A stretch of 64,000 nucleotides of DNA from Octopus sinensis (GCF_006345805.1 NC_043015.1:51026001-51090000), one strand, 5' to 3'; shown: positions 23,495 to 37,369, numbered from the stretch's first letter. Made by a program: numbers and translations. The notes: generated by a model not told the origin, from the letters alone.

Positions 23495-24680
23495 TCATCA
23501 TTACCAGCATCATCATCATCACCACTGTCTTCATCAGCAACATCTTCGTCGTCATCATCATCATCACCACCATCATCATCGTCATCATCACCATCGTCAT
23601 CATCATCATCATTGTCATCATCATCACCATCATCATCATCATCACCCGTCATCGTCATCATCATTATTGTCATCATCATCATCATCATCGTCATCATCAT
23701 CAGCATCATCATCATCAGTAGCAGCAGCCTCAGTATCATCACCATTGCCTCTGTGATCAGCAGCACTGTCATCGAATTCACCGTTCTCATCACCACCAAC
23801 ATTATTGCCGCCACTCCATCATCATCATTATCATCATCACCAACATCACTGCCACCACCACGACGATGACCACCACCTCCACTGCCATCCACATCATCAT
23901 CATTACCACTGTCATCATCAGCATTGCCGTCATCAACTTTGCCATCGTCATTTCCAACGTCATCGCCGCCACTATGGTTACTGTCATCGTCATCAACATG
24001 TTCATCATCACCTTCATCATTGTTGCCCAATATTATTGCCACCACCACACCACCACCACCACCACCACCACCACCACCACAATCGTCATCAACTTCATCA
24101 TCTACATCGTCTTCATCGTCAGGGTTATTGCTGTCAGTGTCCGTCATCAACATCATCACTCTCATCGTCGTCATCAATCAATGTCATCATTTATCATCTC
24201 CGTCCCTGCCGCTGTTATCATTGTCATCATTGTCATCATCATCATCATTATCTTCATTACTGTTAGCATTATCATCACCTTACCATCACTACCACCATTA
24301 CCACCATCATCATCATCATCATTACTGCTGGCATTAGCATCACCTTACCACCAACACTACCACCACCACTGCAAACACCACTGCAATTACCACCATCACC
24401 ACCACCATCACCACCACCACCACCAACACTACCACCACCACTGCAATCACCACTGCAATTACCACCACCATCACCATCAACACTACCACCACCACTGCAA
24501 TCACCACTGCAATTACCACCACCACCACCACTGCAATCCCCACCACCACCACCAGCATTACAGTCACCAGTGATGCCACTGCTACCACTATCTCCATCAT
24601 CACCACCACTACAACCACTACTGATGCCACCACACCAGCACCTCCACTACCACCACCAACACCACCACCATTCTCACCTC
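23495..24680. repeat. Long degenerate (CAT)n/(CAC)n tract
   Basis: Direct reading. Confidence 0.95.
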
Positions 24681-25099
24681 ACGCACCCCGGCCCCACCAA
24701 GTGGTATTGTTAGATACTTTACCTCCTTGTCACCTCGAAACTCACCAGCATGATTATCATTCAACGTCTTTATTCTTTTACTTCCATTCCTTTTTTTTTT
24801 TTCTTTTTTTCAAAAAAATAAAATAAATTTAAATTCATTTCTTTATCCTTTTTCCCCCTCCCCTTTTATTTATATGCATACCTTAGAACTGCCTTTCCTT
24901 GTTTGGTGTTTTTTTTCTCTTTTTGTTTGCTTTTTTTTTTTCCCTTCTTTGCATAGATAGGTTAGGTGTGTTGGCCTCCCAGCCCATGTGCTGACATTGT
25001 TTTCCTTGGATATTTCACTGTAACAATTGACAAATTCTCCTGTAATCATTCATTAATTCAGATCATAAGAGCTCACAGCTTACCCCCTACCCACCTTGC

Positions 25100-25146
25100 C
25101 TTTATATATATATATATATATGCACACACACACACCTATATATACA

Positions 25147-25194
<48 letters not shown>

Positions 25195-25510
25195 ATATAT
25201 ATATGCAGATAGAAATATATACATATATATATATATGCAGATAGAAATATATATACACATATATACATATATGTGTGTGTGTGGTGTGTTGTGGTGTGTC
25301 TATATGTGTGTGTGTGTGTGTATATAACATATATATATATATATGTATATATATATGTGTGTATATATATGTTTATATATATATGTGTGTATATATATAT
25401 ATATTTGTATATATATGTGTGTGTGTGTATATATATATGTGTGTGTATATATATGTATGTATATATATTTGTGTGTATATATATATATTATATATATGTG
25501 TGTGTGTATA

Positions 25511-25551
<41 letters not shown>

Positions 25552-25943
25552 ATATATATATATGTATACAGTATATATATATGTATGTATATGTAGGTCT
25601 AATTTACTATTATAGTTACATATATTTTTTTTCCTGAAAATTTTTCTATTTTATCTCACTTTCTCTGTATTTGATTATTTTGTTTTGTTCTTTTTTTTTG
25701 GGGGGGGGGGGTGAAATTATATATTTTTTTCTGTGTTTGGTGGTGGTGGCGATGGTGGGTGGTGGGGAGAAAATTGCCTTGATATATTTATTTATCTATT
25801 TATCTCCCCCTGATTTGTATTCACTGTCTAAGCAGCGAATTACATAAATAACTGTGAATTGAAGTAAAATTTACATGAATGGGGCAAATTGGTGAACACA
25901 CACATACACACACACCACGTGTATATGTATGTGTGTATATATC

Positions 25944-25980
<37 letters not shown>

Positions 25981-26661
25981 GGGTATACACACACTCATAT
26001 ACATATTGTTACATGTATATAAATATATAGATATGCAGATATATAAATACATAGATATATGTATGTGTGTGTGTGTGTGTGTGTATACACACACTCATAT
26101 ACATATTGTTACATGTATATAAATATATAGATATGCAGATATATAAATACATAGATATATGTATGTGTGTGCATATACATATATACATGTATATATATGT
26201 ACATATATATGTACACACACATACACACACACATACATACACACATGTGCGCATGCACATATATATTTATAGAGCAATTCCTTGACACATTCATTGAATT
26301 TGTCTTTTTATTTTTCGTTTTTTCTTTATTTTTGTCATTTTTCTATTTCTTACCCTCTTTTCAAAAATTGTGGGGGCTTTTCTTCTTCTTTTTCCTTTCA
26401 CTTATTTATCATGTTTTTTTTTGTTTTTTTTTAATTTTTTTATTATAGAAATTTTGTTATCTTATTTTCCGCATTTCTTCTTAAGTCTTTTATCTTCGGC
26501 AAACTATTTATCACACATATCTACCACTTGCAAAATAAGTTTCATACTTTACCAATCAATCATTGTATCACATGTGCACACACACACACACACACACACA
26601 CACAACACACATGCATATGTATTTATTTCAATAAATGCACATATATGTGTGGTGTGTGTAA

Positions 26662-26701
<40 letters not shown>

Positions 26702-26850
26702 TGTATGAGAATAAACTTCTCTCCACACACACACACATACATATACACACATACATACATATATATATATATACATGCACACACACATATTTATATATAT
26801 ATTCACACAATATATACATTTATAAATAACAATATACATATATAATATGT
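25100..26850. repeat. (TA)n/(TG)n/(CA)n fields, including a ~90-bp tandem duplication at ~25985-26175
   Basis: tacacacactcatatacatattgttacatgtatataaatatatagatatgcag occurs twice in tandem. Confidence 0.85.
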
Positions 26851-27039
26851 ATATCTGTTTCTGGCTATCGGTCTGCTTGTTTCTGTAGCTCTCTACACAT
26901 CCACACTGATCAATGTGTAATTATACATTCATATATGTGTGTGTGTGTGTGTGTGTATGTGCATGCTCTCTCACACACACTCACACATTAATGAATTGTG
27001 GTTCACCACATCTATATTTCCCTGTTTTATAGCATCATA

Positions 27040-28234
27040 TTTTGGCAAGGAGTTTCATAGTTTAAACCATCTCCAGATGAATATTTACAAAGCAATAACT
27101 GTAACTCAGTGGATTTACTGATATAACTCATAAATATATTTTCAATAATATAAGAAATTTTGAAGTGAATTTTATTTTAAATGAAATTAAATTCAAATTA
27201 TTATTATTGTTGTCCATTCAGAATGGATTTGAACTTCTCACTAAGATTCATTTTATTTTATCCTTCTTCATTGAGACATAAAGTTTATGAAATAGAAATA
27301 TTAAAACATTTTGATTGTACCATGTTTCCAAATGACCACTTAGTGAGATCTCTCTGACATCAGGGTTCTTAATTTCTTACTGGTGTACTTGTGTATTTGA
27401 TCTGATAGTAAATTTCCAGTCTGGCCAGTATACATGTCTTCACAATTTGGGCATTTGATGGAGTAAATCAGATTTCTGCTTTTACTGTTAATATTTACAT
27501 TTATAGCTATTTTTCTTCTGGTTTTCATGTTAATTTAATGACAAGCATGTATAAACTGATGGTTACCACACTTAGATAATGTGAAGTTTTTATCATTGTT
27601 GCTTAGATCTAACTTTGCATTTGTCAATAATTGTTTCAAGTTCTATTTTGGTGATGTTTGCTTTTGAACAAGTGTTCTATCAGCAATTAAATATTTTAAT
27701 GTATTTCTTTGTATTGTAATCAGCAAATTCGAATTAGTGATATTAAAAATATTCTAATCACTTGTATTATATGTGACTATGTATAACATACTGTATTCTG
27801 GTCTTTTGTTTCTCCTTCTTAGGTTACTTGAAGTTGTTCTATACTCTTTACTCGTTTCAGTCATGTGACTGTGCCCATGCTGGAGCACCGCCTTTTAGTC
27901 GAACAAATCGACCCCAGGACTTATTCTTTGTAAGCCTAGTACTTGTTCTATTGGTCTCTTTTGCCAAACTGCTAAGTTACGGGGATGTAAACATACCAGC
28001 ATCGGTTGTCAAGTGACGATGGGGGGGGGAACAAACACAGACACACAAACATACACACACACACACATATATATATATATGAGGGGCTTCTTTCAGTTTC
28101 CGTCTACCAAATCCACTCACAAGGCTTTGGTCGGCCCGAGGCTATAGTAGAAGACACTTGCCCAAGGTGCCACGCAGTGGGACTGAACCCAGAACCATAT
28201 GGTTGGTAAGCAAGCTACTTACCACACAGTCACT

Positions 28235-28266
<32 letters not shown>

Positions 28267-29075
28267 TTAAAACAAAAATATAAATTCTGGTCATAGAGTG
28301 ACCAATGGTTTCGTATCCACAAAAGCTACAACCTTGTGGACAGCTCATCAGCTCATCATGTGGTTCGTAAGCAAGCTACTTACCATACAGCCACTCCTAC
28401 ACATTTATTTGCTTTTTTTTTTGTATGTTCTGTAACACTTTGTATTTGTGGAAGTGATGATGGGTAGATTTAAGTAAGAAATCCTTTGAGTCTTGTGAGT
28501 TGACCTTTTTTAATATTTACAGCATAAACAATGGTAAAAAGTCTTCCTGGCTAGAGAGTATGGAATGTTATATTTTGTATGTTCTGGTAACATGATTTAA
28601 ATTTCTGGCACATGATTTAAAGACTTCTGTTTCCTCCTAATATATATCCATTGTGATGCTGCAGTTATTTTTAATTGTCATTAATTAAAAAAATGGTAAT
28701 TTTGTGGTGCTCATATCCTTTGTAATTTTCAGGTTCTTGTCACTGATGTTTTAGTTGCTACAGATTTTGTTCATATTAGAAAACTGTCAAGAAATCTACT
28801 ATTAGTCTTCTATATGTCTTCTAAAATTAATGTTATTACTTACTTTTGTTTTTTGGTATAGTTTTTGTTCCAATGATTCCATTACTGAATTTGCATATAC
28901 TGGAGTGGACTTGGTTCCCATGATTGTACCTCTACTTTGTAGATAGGTTTTCACAATTCAGGATGCAAGATTTTTCTGAACTAAATAATCACATCAAATA
29001 GCACAATTCACTTCTGTAACTCCTCATTTCACACTTAAAAGTTACACTCTGGATTTTGATAGTAACTAATCTACT
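27040..29075 (-). mobile_element. Decayed Penelope-like element (RT, thumb, GIY-YIG endonuclease), interrupted by SINE A
   Basis: Minus-strand peptides across frameshifts: YLQSRGTIMGTKSTPVYAN (~28870-28950), RFLD (28786-28797), HTKYNIPYSLAR (28546-28581), NLKQLLTNAK, NLIYSIKCPNCEDMYTGQTG (~27415-27475), EKFKSILN. Confidence 0.9.
27843..28233 (-). mobile_element. SINE family A, full length, inserted in the PLE
   Basis: Canonical family A sequence. Confidence 0.9.
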
Positions 29076-29469
29076 AAGTAGATTAACCCTAAGAAATCAG
29101 ATATAGATTTTAGTACATATGCGTATGTGCATATGTGAAATTTTATATGTACAATGTGTATACATATGCATATTTATCTGTATATAAAAATAGACATTTT
29201 TCTGCATTAGTATGGTTATACAGGTGTTTAAATGTGCATAGATTTCATAAAAGCTATATATGATGATGATGTATATATTTGGATTTGGAAGTAGATCCAA
29301 ACACATGCATTATGCTGGAGTATATATAGAGATTGGATTGTATATGTATGTAGGTATCTGTCTAAATATAATCATGTATGCATGTGTGCATGTGTGTAAA
29401 CACGAACTAGTATGCATGTATGCATGGTACTTTATATATGTATGTGTAATATGTGTGCATTTAGATATA

Positions 29470-29650
29470 TACATTTAAGTTTGAGCATGTATGTGTGTAC
29501 ATATCTGTGTGCATTTGTCTGTATATGTATGCCCACACACACACATATATCTGTCTGTCTCTGTCTGTCTGTTTGTCTGTCTGTCTATATATATACATAC
29601 ATACACACACTCACACACAATTTATATTTATACACACACACTCTCATATA

Positions 29651-29684
<34 letters not shown>

Positions 29685-29712
29685 TATATATATACACACA
29701 CATATTTACATT

Positions 29713-29757
<45 letters not shown>

Positions 29758-29975
29758 CACACACATATTACACACACACACACTTATATATATATATACT
29801 GGTACTTTCCGTCTACCAAATCCATATATATACATATATATACACACACACACATATTTACATTTATATATATATATATATATACATTTATATACATAAG
29901 TGCCCATGTATATATGTATACATATATACATATATACATACATGCACATGCACACATACACATATACACACTTAG
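29470..29975. repeat. (CA)n/(TA)n/(CT)n compound microsatellite
   Basis: Direct reading. Confidence 0.85.
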
Positions 29976-30402
29976 ATAGAAATGAATATGTGGATGCATG
30001 TGTGTATTTGGGCCTATAGAATATTCCATGTACAAACATACATGTGCACATGCTACATGAGCACTTGCACATGTTTAAAAGATACATTTGCTGATACACC
30101 ACTCATGTGATTAGATCTATTTATGCATTTTCCAATTTATTATAATCTATTATTATTATTGATTTTGTTAGGTCTATATATTCTGCATATCATTTCATTT
30201 GGTTATCCATTTATTCATTCATTTGTATATGTGTATATTATATAAGTACATGTGTGGTATGTGTGTGTGTGTGTGTGTGTTTGTATGTGTGTGTGTGTGT
30301 GTGTGTGTGTATTTAAATGTTGAAATACGATTAAAAAGTAGTCTTAGGTATATGCGTTCACTTAATATGAAGTTGTCATTGGTTTATTCGACTATTTTTT
30401 TT

Positions 30403-30789
30403 TTTTACTTGTTTCAGTCATTTGACTGCGGCCATGCTGGAGCACCACCTTTAGTCGAGCAAATCGACCCCGGGACTTATTCTTTGTAAGCCCAGTACTT
30501 ATTCTATCGGTCTCTTTTGCCGAACCGCTAAGTGACGGGGATATAAACACACCAGCATCGGTTGTCAAGCAATGCTAGGGAGACAAACACAGACACACAA
30601 ACACATACATACACACATATATATATATATCGATATACGACAGGCTTCTTTCAGTTTCCATCTACCAAATCCACTCACAAGGCATTGGTCGGCCCGGGGC
30701 TATAGCAGAAGACACTTGCCCAAGATGCCATGCAGTGGAACTGAACCCAGAACCATGTGGTTGGTTAGCAAGCTACTTACCACACAGCT
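30403..30789 (-). mobile_element. SINE family A, full length
   Basis: Canonical family A sequence. Confidence 0.9.
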
Positions 30790-30928
30790 GTTCACTTAAC
30801 ATGAAGTTGTCATTGCTTTATTCGACTTATGACTGTTATGTTATGAAATTCGTTCTGAATGTTTCAACCGTGTCTTTTACCTTTTATTATTCATTTGCTT
30901 CAAAGGCGGTGAGCTGGCAGAATCGTTA

Positions 30929-31048
30929 GCTTGTGGCCATATCACTTTGAAAACACCGGTCCTTGTCTGATCATCGAAATTAAGCAACATCGAGCCTAGT
31001 GAGTACTTAGATGGGTGACCGCTTGGGAAACCTAGGTGCTGTAAGCAT
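30929..31048 (+). rRNA. 5S: Full-length 5S rRNA-derived copy, probably a processed pseudogene (polyA tail, no oligo-T terminator)
   Basis: gcttgtggccatatcactttgaaaacaccggtcc...agtacttagatgggtgaccgcttgggaaacctaggtgctgtaagc aligns end to end with metazoan 5S; A-tail at 31049-31063. Confidence 0.9.
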
Positions 31049-31064
31049 AAAAAAAAGAAAAAAT

Positions 31065-31290
31065 GGTGGTGAGCTGGCAGAAACGTTAGCACACCAGGGG
31101 AAATGCTTAGCGGTATTTCGTCTGTCTTTACGTTCTGAGTTCAAATTCCACCGAGGTCGACTTTACCTTTCATCCTTTCGGGGTCGATAAAATAAGTACT
31201 AGTGAAACATTGGGGTTGATGTAATTAATTAGTCCTCCTCTTCCCAAATTTCATGCCCTGTGCCTTTAGTAAATGGGAATACTATTATTA
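31065..31290 (+). mobile_element. SINE family B; its head is also present at 30905-30930, upstream of the 5S copy
   Basis: ggtggtgagctggcagaaacgttagc...ttctgagttcaaattccaccgaggtcgac. Confidence 0.85.
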
Positions 31291-31478
31291 TTATTATTAT
31301 TGTTGTTGTTGTTGTTGTTATGCTTTTGCTAGATCAGCAATGTAATTGTGATTACAGGCGTTTGTTGGAACCTTGACTCTTTTCATTCTTAATGACATCA
31401 GAAATGATCAATGCTGCTGTGATACTTATGCATGCTAATGTGTATATATACATACATACACACATACATATCTATCTA

Positions 31479-31532
<54 letters not shown>

Positions 31533-31712
31533 GTATATATGTGTGTGTGTGTGTATGTATATATGTATGTATATACATATATACACATATATAGATATGT
31601 ACATTTTTACATCTACATACATGTATATATATATTATACACACACACAGATATATATATATATACATGCATATATATATATATGAACATGTAGTATTTGT
31701 GCATGCTAATGT

Positions 31713-31751
<39 letters not shown>

Positions 31752-31795
31752 CACACATAACATATACATATGAATATATATGTATATGGATAAAT

Positions 31796-31827
<32 letters not shown>

Positions 31828-32019
31828 GAACATGTAATATTTGTGTATGCTAATGTGGATATGTATGTGTGTGTGTGTGTGTGTGTGTGGTGTGTAATAT
31901 TTATACATATTAATGTGGACCGGTGATCAAGATGGATAACGGTTGCTGGGTGAAAGATTGTCTTGAGATGGCGATGGGATGATGACAAAGTGAGAAAGTG
32001 AGTTTGGTCATATTGGCAC

Positions 32020-32170
32020 AGATATGGCTGTAGTTGGATGCTTGCTTCCCAACCGTGTGGATCTGGGTTCAGTCCTATTCTGTGAGACATGGGGCTAGTG
32101 TTTTCTACTATAACCCCGTGCTACCCAAAGCTTTGCGAGTGGATTTGGCAGATGAAAACTAAAAGGTTCA
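32020..32170 (+). mobile_element. SINE family A, 5' half
   Basis: atggctgtagttgg...ctgggttcagtcctattc...gagtggatttggcagatgaaaact. Confidence 0.65.
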
Positions 32171-32536
32171 TGACTGCAGTGCAACACTTTGATCAAGTTT
32201 CTCTTCAGCTGCTGCCATAAATCAGCTAAAGTCTTTGTCTGAAATGGGTTGGAGTGGAAACTGTACAGAAGACCCTCAGAAGGACTGTAACTGTTCTTGG
32301 TTTAGAAATTTTGTCTGTCGCATGGTTTAATCATCTTTTGTTATCAACCTAGTTGAAATCCTTCTCCTTTCTGTGGGTGTAAACTTCGTATTTCAAAGCG
32401 ATCTATGGTGGAAACATTTCATGAAAATTGTATGTTGATTTATGCTCCAAACACCAACATGGAATACAGACACTAAATGAGGATGATGATGATAATAATA
32501 ATAATAACAATATATACAGTATATATATATATATAT

Positions 32537-32840
32537 GGAGGCGCAATGACCCAGTGGTTAGGGCAGTGGACTCATTGTTGGAGGATCGCAGTTTTGATTC
32601 CCAGACTGGGCCTTGTGTGTGTTTATTGAGTGAAAACACCCAAAGCTCCATAAGGCTCCGGCAGAGAGTGGTGGCAACCCCTGTTTTACTCTTTTGCCCC
32701 AACTTTCTGTCTTTCTTCCTGTTTCTTGAGTAACGCTGTGATGGACTGGCGTCCCGTCCAGCTGGGGGAACTCACATGCCATAGAAACCAGGAAACCAGG
32801 CTCATGAGCCTGGCTAGGCTTGAAAAGGGTGCATAATAAA
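32537..32840 (+). mobile_element. SINE family D variant
   Basis: ggaggcgcaatgacccagtggttagg head; gaaaccaggaaaccagg tail. Confidence 0.8.
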
Positions 32841-32842
32841 AA

Positions 32843-32874
<32 letters not shown>

Positions 32875-32877
<3 letters not shown>

Positions 32878-33060
32878 GTAGAATTATTTGAAATTATGGA
32901 AAGATTTTCTCATTTTTAGGAGGCATCTATAGAGATGATGGGTTGTTAGTTATGCGCAATATGAAGGGTCATGAATTAAATTTAGAAAAGCCCTCATAAC
33001 ACTCATAAAACTATCTAATAAAATATGTTTACATAATACAGTGGGTTCGTAATCTTTTTA
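32875..33060 (+). mobile_element. PLE reverse transcriptase fragment (GxYRDDG-type catalytic motif)
   Basis: From 32922 reads GIYRDDGLLVMRNMKGHEL; follows a (TA)n tract. Confidence 0.65.
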
Positions 33061-33352
33061 TCTTTAATTTTTTTCTGAACACTATCCATAATTTAGCTAT
33101 GAATGAATTTTGCTCTTACTAAAATCCTAATGAGAGGCTCTTTTTTCTCCCTCCTTCCTTGAGTTTTTATCTCTTCTGGTGTTGTAAAGTAGTTACTTGG
33201 AGTATTAATTTATGAAGCATTATGTAAATTATATATTATAATATATTATAACTATTTATATGAATATTCACATTTGCACATTCACACATTCACACAGGAA
33301 ATCTTGTCAATACAAGTGTGTGCACAAATGTTCAATTTATGTACATAGGATC

Positions 33353-33387
<35 letters not shown>

Positions 33388-33688
33388 GTGTGTATGTCTG
33401 TGTGTGTGTTGTAACAATGTATTGCATATTAAAAACAAAACAAGGTATGTATACATATATATATATATGTGTGTGTGGGGTGGGTGGTGGGAGGTAAATT
33501 TTGTTTACTTTCTTTTAAATATGGCAAGAAAAAAATATTAAATAAATACATAGAAATGAAATATTCTTGAGGAATTAAACAGTAGAGTCTAATGTGGCTT
33601 TCTCCTTCAACTTCAAAGTGGGAACTTCAAAGATGGTACTGTAGTTCATTGGTTTCTTTTAAAATCTCTCTCATGTGTGTGTGTGTGT

Positions 33689-33737
<49 letters not shown>

Positions 33738-34460
33738 AACTGCATGGTTCCCACATGTTATGTTTCTTTTTCTGGATAGCTCTTGGCAAAGTTTGCTGTT
33801 TACCATTTCTTCTTTACTTTTCTTCCATTCCTTCATCTCTCTCTCTTTCTCTCTCTTTTCTTTCACTACTGCTCTCTCTCTTTCTCTCTAGCTCCCCCTC
33901 CTCCTGCACCACTCTTTCTTCTCCTCCCACTCTCTCTTAACTTCATATTACGTGCGGTCTTCTCTATTCATTTACCTCTCACTATCTCTCTCTCTCTCAC
34001 TCTCAACACCTCTCTTTCTGTCTCTGTCTGTCTGTCTGTCTGTTTGTCTTTCTCTCTCTTATTTACTTTTGTTTCTTTGCTCTTCTTTTCCACCCATTAA
34101 TATTCCAAAGTGAAAATTTTTTCCCTCTGTTTTGCTGCTTCTTGTGGAAAAATTATTAATGTCGTTATAATAAACTTCATGCGTGCGTGTTTGTGGCTGT
34201 GCATAAGAATATGCATGTTTGATTATGTCTATGTGTCTGCATATGCATGTGTGTGTGTGTGTGGGGGTGTGTGTATGAATATATATGAATATATATGAGT
34301 GTGTATGTGTGTGTGAATGCCTTTTAAGTATATATGCATTTGCATGTATAAGTGCATATGTATGTATATAAATACATACATGTACATAAATACACACACA
34401 CCACAAACATATATACACATACATGTATATATATATATATATATACATACACACATATAT

Positions 34461-34502
<42 letters not shown>

Positions 34503-35149
34503 GCATACATATATATAGATATACATACATACATGTACATAAATACACACATACATACATATATATATATATATAAACATACATGCACACACACACACAC
34601 ACACATATATAATTTAAACGTGCACATGCTTGTACATATATACTATTTCATTAAAATGCATCTATATGCATACGTATGTGAAATATATATATATATATAT
34701 ATATAAATGTATGTAGTTGTATATTAGTGTTAGTTTAACCATACATATTTATGCGTGTTATATACACACTTTCTCATACCTCTACAACTTAATTACTATT
34801 TTTTTTTTTTAATTATTCATTAGGATTACTAAGAATTACCCTTGTTCATGTCTTAATATGGTTTCTTCCATTCAATTTTCTTCAATTTTTAAGGGTTTGA
34901 AAAATATTTTCATTAGCTGTCTTAAGTACATGCTTCTTCGATTTTAATTTCTGTTTTATTTTGCTTTTAAAACCAGAAATATTTCCTCATGTACATTTAT
35001 TAACATTTGCCTCTAAACTGAAATCACTGTAATTCCATTTTTTTTTCTTTTAAAAAGCTTTCTTTTTGTTTTAAAATTTGTTAAAATCATTATCTCCCCT
35101 GTTATTAATTATATTTTCAATTATTGTATTTATAATATATGTTTTGCTG

Positions 35150-35270
35150 TAGAAACCATGCCATATCAGTCTGGAATCTCCTGCAGCCCCTCAGCTTACA
35201 AGCCCTGATTAAACCGTCCAACCCATGCCAGCATGGACAATGGATACTAAATGATGATGGTGATGATGAT
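35150..35270 (+). mobile_element. SINE family C, 3' part
   Basis: tgtagaaaccatgcc...aaccgtccaacccatgccagcatgg. Confidence 0.7.
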
Positions 35271-35284
35271 AAATGACTCTTTAA

Positions 35285-35515
35285 GGCGGCGAGCTGGCAG
35301 AACCGTTAGCACATCGTGCGAAATGCGTAGCAGTATTTCGTCTGCCGTTACGTTCTGAGTTCAAATTCCGTCGAGGTCGACTTTGCCTTTCATGCTTTCG
35401 GAGTTGATAAATTAAGTACCAGTTACGCTCTGGGGTCGATGTAATCGACTTAATCCGTTTGTCTGCCCTTGTTTGTCCCCTCTGTGTTTAGCCCCTTGTG
35501 GGTAGTAAAGAAACA
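35285..35515 (+). mobile_element. SINE family B, full length and young, perfect 18-bp TSD
   Basis: gataaatgactctttaag at 35268-35285 and 35516-35533; CpGs largely retained. Confidence 0.95.
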
Positions 35516-35544
35516 GATAAATGACTCTTTAAGCCATGTGAAAT

Positions 35545-35790
35545 CATAGTTGTGGCTGTTGCCAGTGTCATGTGAATGGCACCTGTGTCAGTGGCGCATA
35601 ATAGGCACCCATTATACTTTGGAATGGTTGGTGTTAGGAAAGGCATCCAGCCATACAAACCATGCCAAATCAGACTGGAGCGTGGTGCAGCCCCTCAGCT
35701 TACCAGCCCTGGCCAAACCATCCAATCCATGCCAGCATGGAAAACGGATGTTAAATGATGATGAGGATGATCATAATGATGATGTTGATG
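35545..35790 (+). mobile_element. SINE family C
   Basis: gttggtgttaggaaaggcatccagc...ccatgccagcatggaaaacggatgttaaatgatg. Confidence 0.8.
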
Positions 35791-36189
35791 GTAGCTTTAC
35801 CATTTTGCTCCCATGTATTTTTTGTGTGCTCACCACTTTGGGAATAAATGATGATAGAATATACTGAAGTTAAAAAAAAGGGGAACTGTAATCATTTGCA
35901 GATATTTTCTATATCGATCGGTTATTGGTTTGATTTATTGATTGATTGATTATGTAAAATACAGGGATGAGAAAGTATTTCTACTGAAATATAGTTGATG
36001 ACAATGTTGGCAAGCAAACACAGGAGCACACACACACACACTTGGACGTATATCATTTATATATATATATATGTGTGATTTTTAGAGATGGAATTATTAA
36101 AGGGGTTTTTTTTTCTAATCTAAAAGTGTTTTTTTTTTCCTTTTGTAGCTAGATTGCAATGGTTTTTCATTTAAACTATTATTATTATT

Positions 36190-36750
36190 GAGTGAAAGAG
36201 CAGTGCATGCCATCAAAATGACACTGAGGTATAAATATACAAAGCCCAATATACACATCATAACTACCCGTCAGATAAGGGTACACTAGGCACATGCATC
36301 ACAACCATATGTGCAGGACATGGTGATCTCTTATCAAGATAAACAGTGCATGACCTTGCAAGTGGGGCCCTATTAGAATTTTCTTCAGGTTGAGTAGCTC
36401 ATCCTGCTCAAAAGGTCCCTGAATAAGGGTTATTCAAAGATGATAAAATGAAATAACCAAGTTTCCAGAGGTGAATTATTCAAACCCCAAATAATTCTTC
36501 TCAACACATGACTATGATGCTCCCCAACTATTTCTTCTCGTGGTCAGAGATGCATATATCGCCAGCCACTAAGAGACATGGTCAACTGGTTAAGGTCAAG
36601 CAACTGTAAAGCAAATTTGTGGTATTGAGCAGAATATTTGCTGTAGCCTGTCTTTTATACCAAGACAAAACAATGTATATGATAACACTTCCAATCAGTT
36701 AAGATCAGAAGCCACAAGAGCCACTGCCTGGTACTGCATCAGGGCATTTA

Positions 36751-36782
<32 letters not shown>

Positions 36783-37369
36783 GAGTGAGAGATCAGTGCA
36801 TGCCATCAGAGTGACACTGGGGTAAAATATATGAAGCCCAGTATATCCATCATGACTACCCGTCTGATAAGGGTACACCAGGTACATGCATCACAACCAT
36901 ATGTGCACGACATGGTGATCTCATATCAAGATAAACAGCACATAACCTTGCAGGTGGGGCTCAGTTAGAATTTTCTTCAGGTTGAGTAGCCCATCCTGCT
37001 CAAAAGGTCCCCGAATAAGGATTGTTTAAGAATGTTGAACGAACCACCCATGTTTCCTAAGGGTGAATTATCCAACCTCCAAGAATTCCTTTCAACACAC
37101 GGCTATGATGCTCCCCCACTACTTCTGCTCGTAATCAGAGATGCACATATCATCAGCCACTAAGGGATGTGCTCAACTGGTTAAGGTCAGACAACTGACA
37201 AGAAAATCTGTGGTATTAAGCAGAATATTTGCTGTAGCCCATTATAATTATTATTATCATTGAGTGAGAGAACAGTGCATGCCATTAAAGTGACACTGGG
37301 GTACAAATATATGAAGCCCATATGAACCTGTCATAACTATCTGTCTAATAAAAGTACACCAGGCACATG
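36190..37369 (-). mobile_element. Tandem trimer of the ~560-bp (AAT)n-tailed retroposon (36190-36748, 36783-37241, 37262-37369)
   Basis: Each unit starts on the plus strand with (ATT)n-gagtga(a/g)agagcagtgcatgccat; units are progressively truncated. Confidence 0.9.

Noticed and set aside
23407-24177. Asp/Gly-rich 256-aa minus-strand ORF resembling acidic biomineralisation proteins
   Set aside because: It is the (GAT)n reading of a degenerate trinucleotide tract; overlapping ORFs exist in several frames on both strands and there is no credible signal peptide or splice context
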